This document shows, in pieces, positions 10,340-20,000 of a stretch of 20,000 bases of DNA. The notes beneath the pieces were generated by a model that saw only the letters and a list, made by a program, of their open reading frames with translations, searched no databases and was not told where the DNA came from. Numbering within the stretch: the stretch's first letter is position 1; the number at the start of each line of letters is the position of its first letter. Source of the DNA: Ancylonema sp. (taxonomy: Eukaryota); assembly GCA_050230475.1 (NCBI GenBank), contig JBFLGF010000072.1:52640-72639 (forward strand), read 5' to 3'. A program made the position numbers and the translations under genes.

Positions 10340-11660
10340 CTGCACATGACACACATTCCCATCTTATCTTGAATGTCATAAGCTATACCATCTGCTGACC
10401 ATTTGTGATGGCGCGTGTATGCGATGTGTTGATAGCCAACGGTACGATAGATTATTGAGCCGAATTGGCTATCTCTGATTTTAGTAAATATACCATCAAT
10501 TGCGAAAAAAATGATGCATTTTAAAACGGCTACCAGGATGACTGCACAGACCCACAACAGGAAGTGAAGGGGGCTGAGGTGAAGTGTCCAAAAGTCGTGA
10601 TTAGTGCATGCAAGCAAACGCAGTCAGCACATGCCATGACTGCGGCAGTTCCACAGCCATTAACGATGAAAATCTGGTTCGACGAGTTACTTGCCTTTAG
10701 CGTGAGTGTGCCTCAAGCAATGCCCTAGGTACACCTAGGTTACCTTGGTATAACGTTGTCTGATGATCACATCGCTGGAGTAAAAAAAACCACGCTAAGC
10801 AGGCTAAAACGGCCACGAACAAACACGAATAGAATCCAGTGGCATTCATCTTATGGCATTCTGATGGATGAGTTTCTTACATCAGCATACCCGTGATTCC
10901 TGTAGAGTTTCAAAGGCGGCCAAGCATGGATGCCTCTAGCCAATTCCGCTCAGAGAAATCATGGAGAATGGACAGCGTTAGTAGCCGATGGATAGCAGAA
11001 TTTTCACATAAAGATACTTCGCTACTCCTCTCTCAGTATAGCCATACTTATTCGTTCTTATCTGCTAGATAACAGTCCGACATGAGGGTAAGGCAGTATG
11101 GCATGTGCTTTTTCGAGGCATGGTTGGACATAGGCTACACGCAATCCCCGAAATAAAGATCTCTGATCCACGGGAGGACGTGAGATGAGCAAGTGAGTGA
11201 CATCTGTGACCGCCGAAATTCAGGCGTCGCGCCAAGCGCCAACATTTTGCGCGCTGTCTATCGAATGGTGACTCGACACCACGAGTGATTGACTCCTATG
11301 CGATTGGCGCAGGGTTTCATCTCACGTGCGCCAGTATTCATCGTCTGATGAATATGGCCTCAAATTCAGCAAATGATTCATTTGAAACGGCAAATGATTC
11401 ATTTCATCATCCATAGGCTCGTCAAATCAACCGTTCGGCAATGTGGGAGACTTTTTCGGTCGCAAGTACTATTCATCTGGTTATTCATCGGCCAGAAGCA
11501 ATGCCTTGACGAGCCTATGTGCCTGCTCTCGTAGTGCTGCATCTGATCAGATACCTGCGGTCCGAGCTTGTGCCTTTGGCCACTTCTGTCCTTCTCTCTC
11601 CTTGTCTGGCTTGGGACTTGACGCTTATCTGATCATTATTTGATTTCAATCATGATCCGC

Positions 11661-12940
11661 ATGGATAAATCGCTCCTTCAACAGTACGCCCAGGCGAATG
11701 GGTGGGATGTGCCGGACTACCGGGCTATGAAAGCGGGGGGACCAGCTCACCGCCCGCTGTTCAAGTCAGTGGTCACGGTTGATGAAAAACACTACACTAG
11801 CGCAGAGGTAATTCGTTGCAACCATTCCTGGTCGTGGTCTGTCGCCAGAATGGCCTACTTCTTTGCTGGCGGTTGTGTAAGTCTGGATAAGAGCTAACCG
11901 CCGAGCTGAGCCTCTTTGTGGGTGCGAATTTGGCAGACCTGGAGCTCAATAAAAGATGCTGAGCAAGCAGCGGCACGTGCTGCAATCAAGTCCCTGAATT
12001 TGGAACGTGCGGTATGGAATCTGTCTAATCCCCGCCACACTTACCCCATATCATTTGGGACCATTTGCTATCCCTGCAGCATTTATTGCCCCCTGTCACG
12101 TGCGGTTCTACAAATTTATATACGTACATCACATACCTGGATATTTCATTATGGGAAATGCGGGTTTCATTAGGCTGTTCTCCGTCAGCGCTGAAAATGC
12201 CCAGCAGAAAATTTATTGCATCGCATTCATCCGATCACTATGCAGTGGTGGCCAAGTGAGTAGAGCTCTCCGAAATGTTTATGCTCTGCAAAGCGGTACA
12301 CGATTTCGTCAGTGCGATGCGATGGAGACTGGAGATCAGTCCCCACCAAGAATCTTGCCCAGGAAACCGCTCCCAAAGTGGTCCCGCATGCTCTCCTTTG
12401 TCTGGCAATCAGTCTGTCCCTCTGCTTCTCTCCTGTTTGCAGCCAACAGCGGGAGTGCACAAGTCCCGTCTGCAGCAGCACTGCCAAAAGGAGAAGCTGG
12501 AGCTGCCGGTGTACACAGTGGAGACCCTCCCCACAGGGTTCAGGGCCACCGTGCAGAGTGCAGGTCGCCCTTTCGTAGGAACGCCGGCTCCCAAGAAAAG
12601 GGAGGCGCAGGCCAGGGCGGCCGAGGCTGCCCTGGAAGAGCTCGGATGTATGCACCTCTCCTTCCCATGGCGTAACATGCCATCCTTCCGTGGCTCACCT
12701 CCCCCTTGCCTGTGCTTTCTGGCAGGGATGGACGCCGCACTCCCCTCAGCAACTTCACCCAAGGCAGGTGAAAAAAGAAGTGCGGAAGGTGTTCCGGAAT
12801 CAGTCCCACCCCCGAAACACATGAAGAGAGAGGAGGTTGTTGTGGAAGGAGCCTCCTCCCTACCGGATCACACTCCGTCCACTGTCAAGGAGGAGCATAC
12901 TCAAACAACTGTGAAGGAAGAGCTTAGTGGACCGGTCTGA
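11661..12940 (+). CDS. Double-stranded RNA-binding protein, DRB/HYL1-like, two dsRBDs, 213 aa; exons 11661-11807, 11937-12011, 12443-12647, 12726-12940
   Basis: Exons total 642 nt in frame with GT-AG introns and branch-like GCTAAC/GCTCAC. dsRBD1 is MDKSLLQQYAQ..PDY..GGPAHRPLFKSVVTV..IKDAEQAAARAAI. dsRBD2 is HKSRLQQHCQK..PVY..FRATV..KKREAQARAAEAALEEL. The tail has a bipartite NLS-like KR-x12-KHMKR. Confidence 0.9.
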
Positions 12941-13370
12941 ACTTGAGTTTTGAGTTTTGAAACCAAATAGGAATCTGTGTTTTTTTTTTTTTTTTGGTAG
13001 CTTGCATTGTACATAGTTTGGATTCGTTGTGGACGAGACACGCAAGCATGTTTTCCAAACTCAACCCGGGTGATGAGTTTGTATTAGTAAACAAAAATAT
13101 TTATTTCATTCGGTCATGCACTGGCCTCCAAGCGATTTGTGCATACTTCAGTTCGGTTTGATAAGAGATGTAGGTATAACTTCACATACGCATGTGACTT
13201 GCCTCTGCGATATATACATATAACACCTTTGTTTCACGTTTGCAATGACCATGTGGCACAACTGGGATCGATCCGTAACAAAAAATACAAGAAAAAATAT
13301 ATCGGGGGTTTTTACACCACAATGGATGCATAACCCCCCCCCCCCCCCCCCATCGATTCACCTAATTCTT

Positions 13371-13509
13371 GGTGGCCTCCGATCTGGATCGGAGTCGGAT
13401 CGGGTCCGATCTAGATCGGCATCGGGTCGAAAATTTCCCGGTCGAAAACTTCCCGATCGAAAACTTCCTAGTCGAAAACGTCCCGATCAAATCGGGTTCA
13501 GCTATGCCC
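13371..13509. mobile_element. Short MITE-like element, copy 1 (CCGAT/ATCGG-rich, Tourist-like ends), with an internal 4 x 15-bp tandem repeat at 13426-13485
   Basis: Starts ..CTCCGATCTGGATCGG and ends CAGCTATGCCC; collinear with 14943-15026 and 15288-15365. Internal unit is (G/A)TCGAAAACTTCCCG. Confidence 0.6.
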
Positions 13510-14067
13510 AGTAGTGGGTCTTCCCCTTCTAGCCTATTATTTCATGGCTCTACCAATGTATCAATCACAAATCACTTTCTCCAAGCGGCATATTGGTATA
13601 TGCAAGAGTCCATAGGATGTAGATTGCCAAGGTGCTTAATTGCGTCAAATAATAGACCCATAGGTCTTGTTGCGCATATATAGTGTGTTTTTTTTTTTTG
13701 CACATACATAGAAAAGAAAAAACGTAGTAGAGCTCATCTTGGAAAGGATGTACCGTAGAGATAATACATAATTATCCAAGAACAATTCCGAGAGGTGCAG
13801 AATTGGGTCATTTGTAACAATAGAATTATTTCCCACTCGGCCATGTGTTTTCTGGGCAAAGTGGGTCATCGTCCTAAACACGGCTTTGGTGATTTCCTAC
13901 GTGTATGTTGCCGGGTCCCGGTCACCTTTGTCCGCGAGCTACAGGATCGACGAGATTAACGAGATCGAATGGATCTAGTACAACTGACCTTATCTCTACA
14001 TGACGGTACTTTGTATTTGTACTCGTACACGGTAATTGCGCGATACGGCATGCGTACCTTATGGGTG

Positions 14068-14255
14068 GTGGTCTTAGCTAATGATGACCCGTAAAAGTTT
14101 TTGTTGTCTTTGAGTGGGTCCGGGTCACGGCATATGTATTTACGTTTGCCCGGGTCAAATTAGTGGGTCACTAAAAATTAATGCCCGACTTGCGCGGGTG
14201 GTTTTTCGGGTCCTCGAATCGGTATTTTTTTACCCGGGTCATCAAATATGACCAC
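14068..14255. mobile_element. Short deletion derivative or relative of the 1781-3610 hAT-like element
   Basis: Inverted ends GTGGTC..TGATGACCCG and CGGGTCATCA..GACCAC. Internal GGGTCACGG..ATGTAT..TTT.CCCGGGTCA..TT.GTGGGTCAC matches 3503-3556. Confidence 0.7.
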
Positions 14256-14942
14256 TTCGGTAAATATCATAGTGGTGGCCGTGCAAGAAAATCCATCGTA
14301 AAACATAAATGACTATATAATTTATATTGTACACATTGGTGCAGTATTCATGTTGCAAACCGATTGATACACATAAAATTCACCCCGTCAAGGGTTTGGT
14401 CAATACACATCATAACACAAGGGATGATGGAGTCGCAAACAACAGTCAGGCATCTAAAACCCTCACTAAACGTGAGTTGACTCGCCAAGCATGTTGTCTT
14501 ACGATGTGTACCAAAAAGCAGTCGTGAACCTTACCATCTCGACCAGTATTGTGCCGTCTACGGTTGTACATGCTACATTTACATTCCCCATTTTTTCGTT
14601 TTTGTAAGTCACACGAACACGTAATGACGCACGTACACTAAAACTACTCTGCCCGTTGGAATTCTAGCCCCGTTTATTTGCTACCGGTGTTGGAGTGGGT
14701 GTAAATATATAGGTACAAAATGCCGATCCGAGAGTTTTAGGTATCGGAGCATGATCCTAACTACGAAATTAATTACAAAAAACAGGGTGAGTGACGGGAG
14801 GGTCTCAAATTGGGTGGGTATCGGGTGGGTCTCGAATCGGGCTCAATGAATACGAAAAAGCCCAAAACAAACACGTCTTTTGGTTTTTTCCGCCACAGTG
14901 TATGCACATGCTATTCGATGCCATCGATGTACACATAATATT

Positions 14943-15026
14943 CGGCATCTCCGATTCGGATCGGCGTCGGAATCGGACCCGATCTGAATTGGGAATTCCC
15001 CGATCGAATTGGGACCAGCTATGCTC
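14943..15026. mobile_element. Short MITE-like element, copy 2
   Basis: CGGCATCTCCGATTCGGATCGG...TCCCGATCGAATTGGGACCAGCTATGCTC aligns with 13371-13509 once the 15-mer expansion is removed. Confidence 0.6.
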
Positions 15027-15287
15027 CGGATGGTACACACAAAAATTGAACACGTGGTACGATAGCTTGTCCGGTAGGTGCTAACAAGTAAAAATGTAAA
15101 CTGCCTAGGCGAATGCTAGATACCTAAGCAAGATGCGGCATCTCACGACGTGTATTCCACCCAACGGATTTTTGTTTTGGGACGTTCAGTCCATAACCAT
15201 ACCTATTTACCAAATTGTCTTAGACCCCAAGACACGAGGCCCCCCTTTGTGTCCCCCCCCCTCCCCTTGTTGTGCGCGATCCAAACA

Positions 15288-15365
15288 GGGTATCTCCGAT
15301 CCGCATCTGATGTGATTAGAGATCAAGGGGATCAAGGGGATTAGAGACCGGGCACAGCTATGTTC
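15288..15365. mobile_element. Short MITE-like element, copy 3 (more degenerate)
   Basis: GGGTATCTCCGATCCG...CGGGCACAGCTATGTTC shares both ends with copies 1 and 2. Confidence 0.5.
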
Positions 15366-15673
15366 CCTATTGAAGAATCCCTATCCATCTTCCTATCGCT
15401 CCCTCCTAGCGGAAGGAAAAACGAGTAGCCTATCCCTTATTCTTTTGGAGTAAGGTTTGTGCATAGGATCCACCTGCGGCGGGTAGGATTCACGTTTCTA
15501 TATTTTCTGGAGGCTACTGGCTTAGCAGGGTGAAACGGGGAGAGGGCTTGGAGATAAGGGCCAACCCTAATGTATTTACGGGCAGGTATAAAAGTGACAC
15601 CAAACTCAGACGTGATTCAAACTCGAAATACACTTTATGGTGACCTTTTATAGCGACGGTATGGCCATAACGG

Positions 15674-18152
15674 TCACTCCTCGTCGTCGTCGTTGAATGA
15701 GACGAGTTTCGAGCGAGCTATTTTTGGCACCGCGGTTTGTGCCTGCGCAATCCGGGGAGAAGAGAAGGGATAAGGTGGAGTCACAAAGGAGCCATCCCTT
15801 CAATACTATCACCTGCACTTCAAATGTAGGTGCGATCCACAATACTCTCTATTGGCCCACTCACTTTGGTCAAAGGTTGGACTTACTTCTTCTCTCTTAT
15901 AATCAAATCCCGGCTCGTGATCATTACAATCCACTACTCAAAGTGAAATATAAAGTACCTGACAATGACAATGACAAGCTTCATGAAAGTGTGCAAAAAC
16001 TTCCCATTCATCCACCGAATCCAGCTTTGGCTTGGCACCCTTCGTTTCTTTACCTTGAGGCTCTCTTTCTTTTCTGTCGGCGACTCCTTCCTTTTTTTCC
16101 CTTTGAAGGTGTGCCGCCCTGCACTCGACTCTTTTGCGGATTCACGACTCAACAACCGCTCCGCCTGAATGGTGCGGGAGCCTACTCGTGTGAGGACAGT
16201 GTTGTTTGTTTGAGACAAAGAAATTGTTTTTGGCGAATCTTTCATACTATTGCGAGATGAAAGTACGATGTTGGGATGAGGCATTCTTCCGACGCTCAAT
16301 CACGTTAGATGAGCGATGCTAATCATGATCAATAAATTTGATGTTTAAATAGTAATGTCACAGCAGCGGCGTTAACAAGATTGAAAGAAAACCAAAGAGG
16401 AAAAAAAGTGAAGATACTTGTGTATCGTGACTATTGTGAATCATGGATTGATATGACCGTTACTTGAGCTCAAGTTGAGATTCACATAATCATTGCATCC
16501 GTATTGATTGACGCCATGATCTTTGTAAATGAAACTTTAAGTCCGATTTGCATATAGTCATTTTTCAAAATGTATCCAATAACACCAGAAATTCATGGAC
16601 TCTAATCCAGAGTCCCTATATTAGGACTTCATTGATATAAGGAATATATGAGAATTGATGCACCTTGCGATCCATATGTCTATTCTCAAATCGCAAAAGG
16701 CATCACTTTAACAATGATATTGTGTGTACTCGTCTTATCAAGTACATAAGGGGGACGTTGATAATGATGATAAAAGCATTGATGACTCGAGTTGAGAATG
16801 AGAGTGATAAAGAATTTGCTAACATTATTTGAAAAGAAAATAATATCCAAAACGCGAAGAAAAAGGAAAACCAGATCAGTATGATACAACTATATGCATG
16901 AGAAACGACCCTCATCCTCCTTACCAACCATTCATCAGAAACACAAACATGAACAACCTCCATTGTCACTTTCTAGTGACAATAAACATTTGAACGAATA
17001 TGTCATAATGTGTCATAACATGTCATAATATGTCATAATATGTCATACATGTCATAATACGTCCAACATACCCATACAAATCCAAAACCCCCACCATCCC
17101 CTATCCCCAATCCCATTCCCCGCCCCCCTTCCCCCCCCCCTACCAGATGGAACCCCTCCATGAGTGTTTCGTTGTGCGGGTCGACTTCAATCCCATTCTT
17201 ATACGCGGCCCCCGCCTCCCCCAGCCTCCCCTGACCGATAAACGCAGCCCCCAACCGCGAGTATGCCTTGGACCAACGAGGACGAAGAGCCACCACACGA
17301 AGAGCGTCTGCTTCAGCCAACCCGTAGGCCTTCATGGCGGAGTGGGCTGCGGATCGGTTGCTGAAGAGGACAGCATCGCTGGAAGGAGGGGGAGGGATAA
17401 TGGGTCAAATAAATGGATGACACTAATGGATTCGGTTCTTACTTTGGCGCGAGGGCAATCGCCTGGTTGAAGAAGGTGATGGCGGCTTCGTGGTTCCCGG
17501 AAGAAAAGGCCTCGTTGCCGCGGGATTTGGCATCAGCAGCCTGGGGGGAAGGGACGAAAAAGTAACTGAAAAAGTCACTCTATTCGATTATGTTGTTCCT
17601 GTGGGACTAAGAAAGATGAGGTCGGGGGGCGGGGGGGCATACTAGCTAGTTATTTTGTTTGTTTTTTCCAGTCAAATGCATGTTCCGAACATGAGGATTT
17701 GCTTACTGTCGCCACTGCCTCCGCCTCTCCTTCTGGTCTGAGTCCCGTCGGGTCCTCAACCACTGGTGCCCCCTCCAGCTCCTCAGCCCAATCAGTGGCA
17801 TCCGGAGAACCCTCTCGATCATCTCCGAGACCTCCTGGGAGGCTGGCTGGAAAACCGAACAAGGGTCAGGAGAATGAATCGGAACTGCATTGTGGACACG
17901 TCGGCATTGGGAGCGCCTGACCTGAAATGACACGCTCATGCTCATCCCCTCCCAATAAGTGCGAGTATTTCTGCACGTTCCCCAACCGTACGCGTGGCAG
18001 GCTGTAAATGGCGAGGAATCGAGGAGCGAGAAAGACGGAAAACTGTTAAGACGAGACGGATAGTGAGACAGGCAAGGTACCTGGAGAAATTTTGGAACTT
18101 GACGGATGTAATGGGGGGCGGAACTTCCTCTCCCTTTTCCCCCACCCTGCAT
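15674..18152 (-). CDS. 257-aa protein with a single 3-TPR carboxylate-clamp domain (HOP/STI1 TPR1-like) flanked by KIAA1143/DUF4604-like segments; exons 18152-18081, 17970-17922, 17846-17707, 17540-17443, 17378-17144, 16164-16054, 15742-15674
   Basis: Seven exons (774 nt) with GT-AG introns in compatible phases give MQGGGKGRGSSAPHYIRQVPKFLQ-KYSHLLGG..EELEGAPVVED..-AADAKSRGNEAFSSG..LFSNRSAAH..WSKAYSRLGAA..DPHNETLMEGFHL-AERLL..GRHTFKGKKRK..-AQTAVPKIARSKLVSFNDDDEE*. The TPR part is clear. The exon 2 acceptor and the DUF4604 call are less certain. Confidence 0.8.
16999..17058. repeat. Intronic ~11-bp tandem repeat (TATGTCATAA-like, about 5-6 copies)
   Basis: The TGTCATA core recurs at 9-11 nt spacing inside intron 5 of the TPR gene. 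Confidence 0.85.
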
Positions 18153-18651
18153 GCTCGTCGGTGCCTACGCCCTTTTTGCAAACCTTTTAACAAGTATGAC
18201 TGAATGCGTCTCTCCCATTCTCAGCCATAACGGTTCAGAAGGATGTTCGTTGGACGATGAAGATGAAGATGATGTGCGGATGGACGGGTTGTGGAAATTA
18301 TGACTCTGGAAACGAGAAATAATTCAGCATAGGCATAGTTCATAGTTCCACCCGCTTTTCTGGCTGGACGCCAAATGTTGTGGACCGTTCATAGGATTCA
18401 AGTCGTGCCATTCTGCGCCGTCGATTCTTTGTAAAAAAAACTGTAGAATCTTGCCTGCGCGTGCGTAGCGGGCGGCATCACGAATTTCCTTCGGAAGGAG
18501 GTCCTGAAATGATTGCAAGTATGCTTGTATGACGACGATCTCTGAAGAGTCACATCCGATAGGAAATCCTTATGAACGAAGGAAAGCGTGCGGCACATGC
18601 GGAAACACGTGCGAAAATCCTAGCGTAAGGAAATATCAGAAAACACACACC

Positions 18652-18861
18652 TAGTGATCTGGGAGCTTGCGAGCCCCCGAGCCCGCAAGTCCGCTAGCTC
18701 CGAGCCTGTGATCCTGTAAGACGACGAGCTCGGAGGCCGACGAGCTCGCAGTTTTTTTATTCATTGAGCTCCGGGCTCCGGGAGGCTCGTGGCACGGGCT
18801 CCGGCGGGCTCGAACGGGCACGGACGGGCTCCGACGAGCTCCGACGGGCTCGTTTTCACTC
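18652..18861. mobile_element. hAT-like MITE remnant, copy A (GAGCTC/GAGCCC-rich)
   Basis: Begins TAGTGATCTGGGAGCTTGC and ends GGGCTCGTTTTCACTC, with dense CGAGCT/CGGGCTC motifs in both orientations. No TSD seen. Confidence 0.55.
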
Positions 18862-19077
18862 AATTTCTGGTTGGAATATTGTACATGATTAATGATGTCT
18901 GTTTTTCCGACACGAAAAAATAGTTGTTTGTCAAAGATTCGGGAAATTCATCCCCAGACTCCAATAGATTTTATCGATGATTTTTGGCAATGATTCCGGG
19001 AAATTTACATTACATAAAAAACAAAAAAAAACAAAAAATGGACTTGATATCCATGAATTTCGGAAAATGATTATAGG

Positions 19078-19285
19078 TAGTGATCGGCGAGCCTGCACCG
19101 AAATCCCGGGGCTCCGGATCGGAGCTCGCGAGCCCGACAAGCTCTTAAAATGGGCTCGTGTTTACGAGCCCAAACGGGCTCATCGGGCTGAACGGGCTCT
19201 TGGAGCCCGACGAGCTCAAAACGCTCGCGGGCTCGACGAGCTCCGTAGGACAAGAAAACGGGCTCCGGTTTTTGGGGCATCATTC
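19078..19285. mobile_element. hAT-like MITE remnant, copy B
   Basis: Begins TAGTGATCGGCGAGCCTGC, like copy A, with the same CGAGCTC/ACGGGCTC motif cloud. The right end is degenerate. Confidence 0.5.
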
Positions 19286-20000
19286 GATTGATTATGAACA
19301 AAAAAAGAAAAAAGAAAAAAGGAAAAACAAAAAAGACAAAAGTTGATGTCCCCAACTCGGTTCATAAGAATGCTTGTATAACAACAGACGGAACTTGTTG
19401 GGGTATTAAAAAGGGCCGGTACGGTAATGTAGAACCAAAATCTTTCCATTGTTTTCATCCCCATTGTGTTTATTCCATCCATATCCAAGAAAATTTATGA
19501 TTACTTTGTTGCCTTGTACGACTCGTATCTCTCCTCAAAAAGGTGTTTTGCTAGTCGTCATGTATTGGTCTCATTCCGAACTAGTATAGTATAGTATCAC
19601 AACACTTAAGCTCAGTTGGATGATGATATCAAGGGAACTTCTTAATGCATAATGGTACGGATTGGAGGCTGAATTCTCTTAACTGAGAGTACGGTGCTCG
19701 CTTGAATCGTGGTAGGGATTGTAAACAATCACAAAACGAGGCATTTTTCGAGCTTTATTCGTTGTACTGCTCACTGCTAGCAAGCTATCACGCGCTGCTC
19801 TTACTTGACGGCTTAAAAGTAACAAGAGCGACACAAGATTACAGCAAGAGATGCGTCGATTCTTGATCAACAAGCAATCGATTATGATACAATTTTGCAA
19901 AACTTGTCAATAGCAGCAAAAGAGATGTGCGAATGGATTGCACGGATGAGCGAACGCTCGATAATTCAAACGGACGATTTCTGACCACGCAACAGATCAG

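Larger units (their letters stand above)
6976..11506 (+). mobile_element. Non-autonomous PIF/Harbinger (Pong-like) DNA transposon, 4531 bp
   Basis: 37-bp TIRs GGGCATTGCTTATGGACGATGAATAACCAGATGAATA (6976-7012) and 11470-11506 match at 34/37. Flanks are TTA (6973-6975) and TGA (11507-11509), read as a TTA TSD with one mismatch. ATGAATA/TATTCAT subterminal motifs occur at both ends and a transposase remnant lies inside. Confidence 0.88.

Noticed and set aside
10333..10617. CX9C (CAVILVAVLKC) in a minus-strand ORF as the first exon of the CMC2-like gene
   Set aside because: No MHP-type start and no donor placed to give CX9C with the 10339 exon; probably chance.
12007..12822. Long overlapping ORFs 12007-12675 (+), 12227-12655 (-) and 12409-12822 (-)
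   Set aside because: Shadow frames of the GC-rich DRB exons with no recognisable motifs.
15697..16260. 187-aa plus-strand ORF
   Set aside because: Antisense to exons 6-7 of the TPR gene, with no domain features.
16962..16983. Perfect 9-bp hairpin ATTGTCACT-TTCT-AGTGACAAT as a terminator or Helitron end
   Set aside because: Intronic, AT-rich and eukaryotic, with no CTRR terminus at the expected distance.
17033..17540. Calling the TPR gene HOP/STI1, or ending it at 17033
   Set aside because: Only one TPR domain is present, with no TPR2A/2B or DP exons. The read-through tail (VGGGEGGRG..) is G-rich intron after a CTG|GTAGGG donor, and better in-phase exons lie downstream.
19740..19790. FIRCTAHC, resembling the hAT transposase CxxH motif
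   Set aside because: It is immediately followed by a stop, and no other hAT motifs appear in neighbouring frames.

Overview
Eukaryotic, intron-rich, transposon-dense window. A plant or streptophyte-type genome is inferred from short GT-AG introns, a DRB/HYL1-type gene and a Pong-type transposase; the species cannot be called. Most ORFs in the track are not genes, and the real genes appear only after splicing by hand. Three host genes are supported: (1) the 3' end of a Gly/Pro/Tyr-rich protein gene (+, 1-597); (2) a 4-exon, 213-aa two-dsRBD DRB/HYL1-like gene (+, 11661-12940); (3) a 7-exon, 257-aa gene (-, 15674-18152) in which a HOP-TPR1-type carboxylate-clamp domain seems to sit inside a KIAA1143/DUF4604-like protein. 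A 4.5-kb non-autonomous PIF/Harbinger (Pong-like) element (6976-11506, 37-bp TIRs) ends 154 nt upstream of the DRB start. It carries a transposase remnant without its DDE core, a G-tract minisatellite and an apparently captured CMC2-like exon. Also present are a 1.8-kb hAT-like element holding a 63-bp phased array, a short relative of it, and several MITE-like remnants. All family assignments come from recalled motifs, not database searches.
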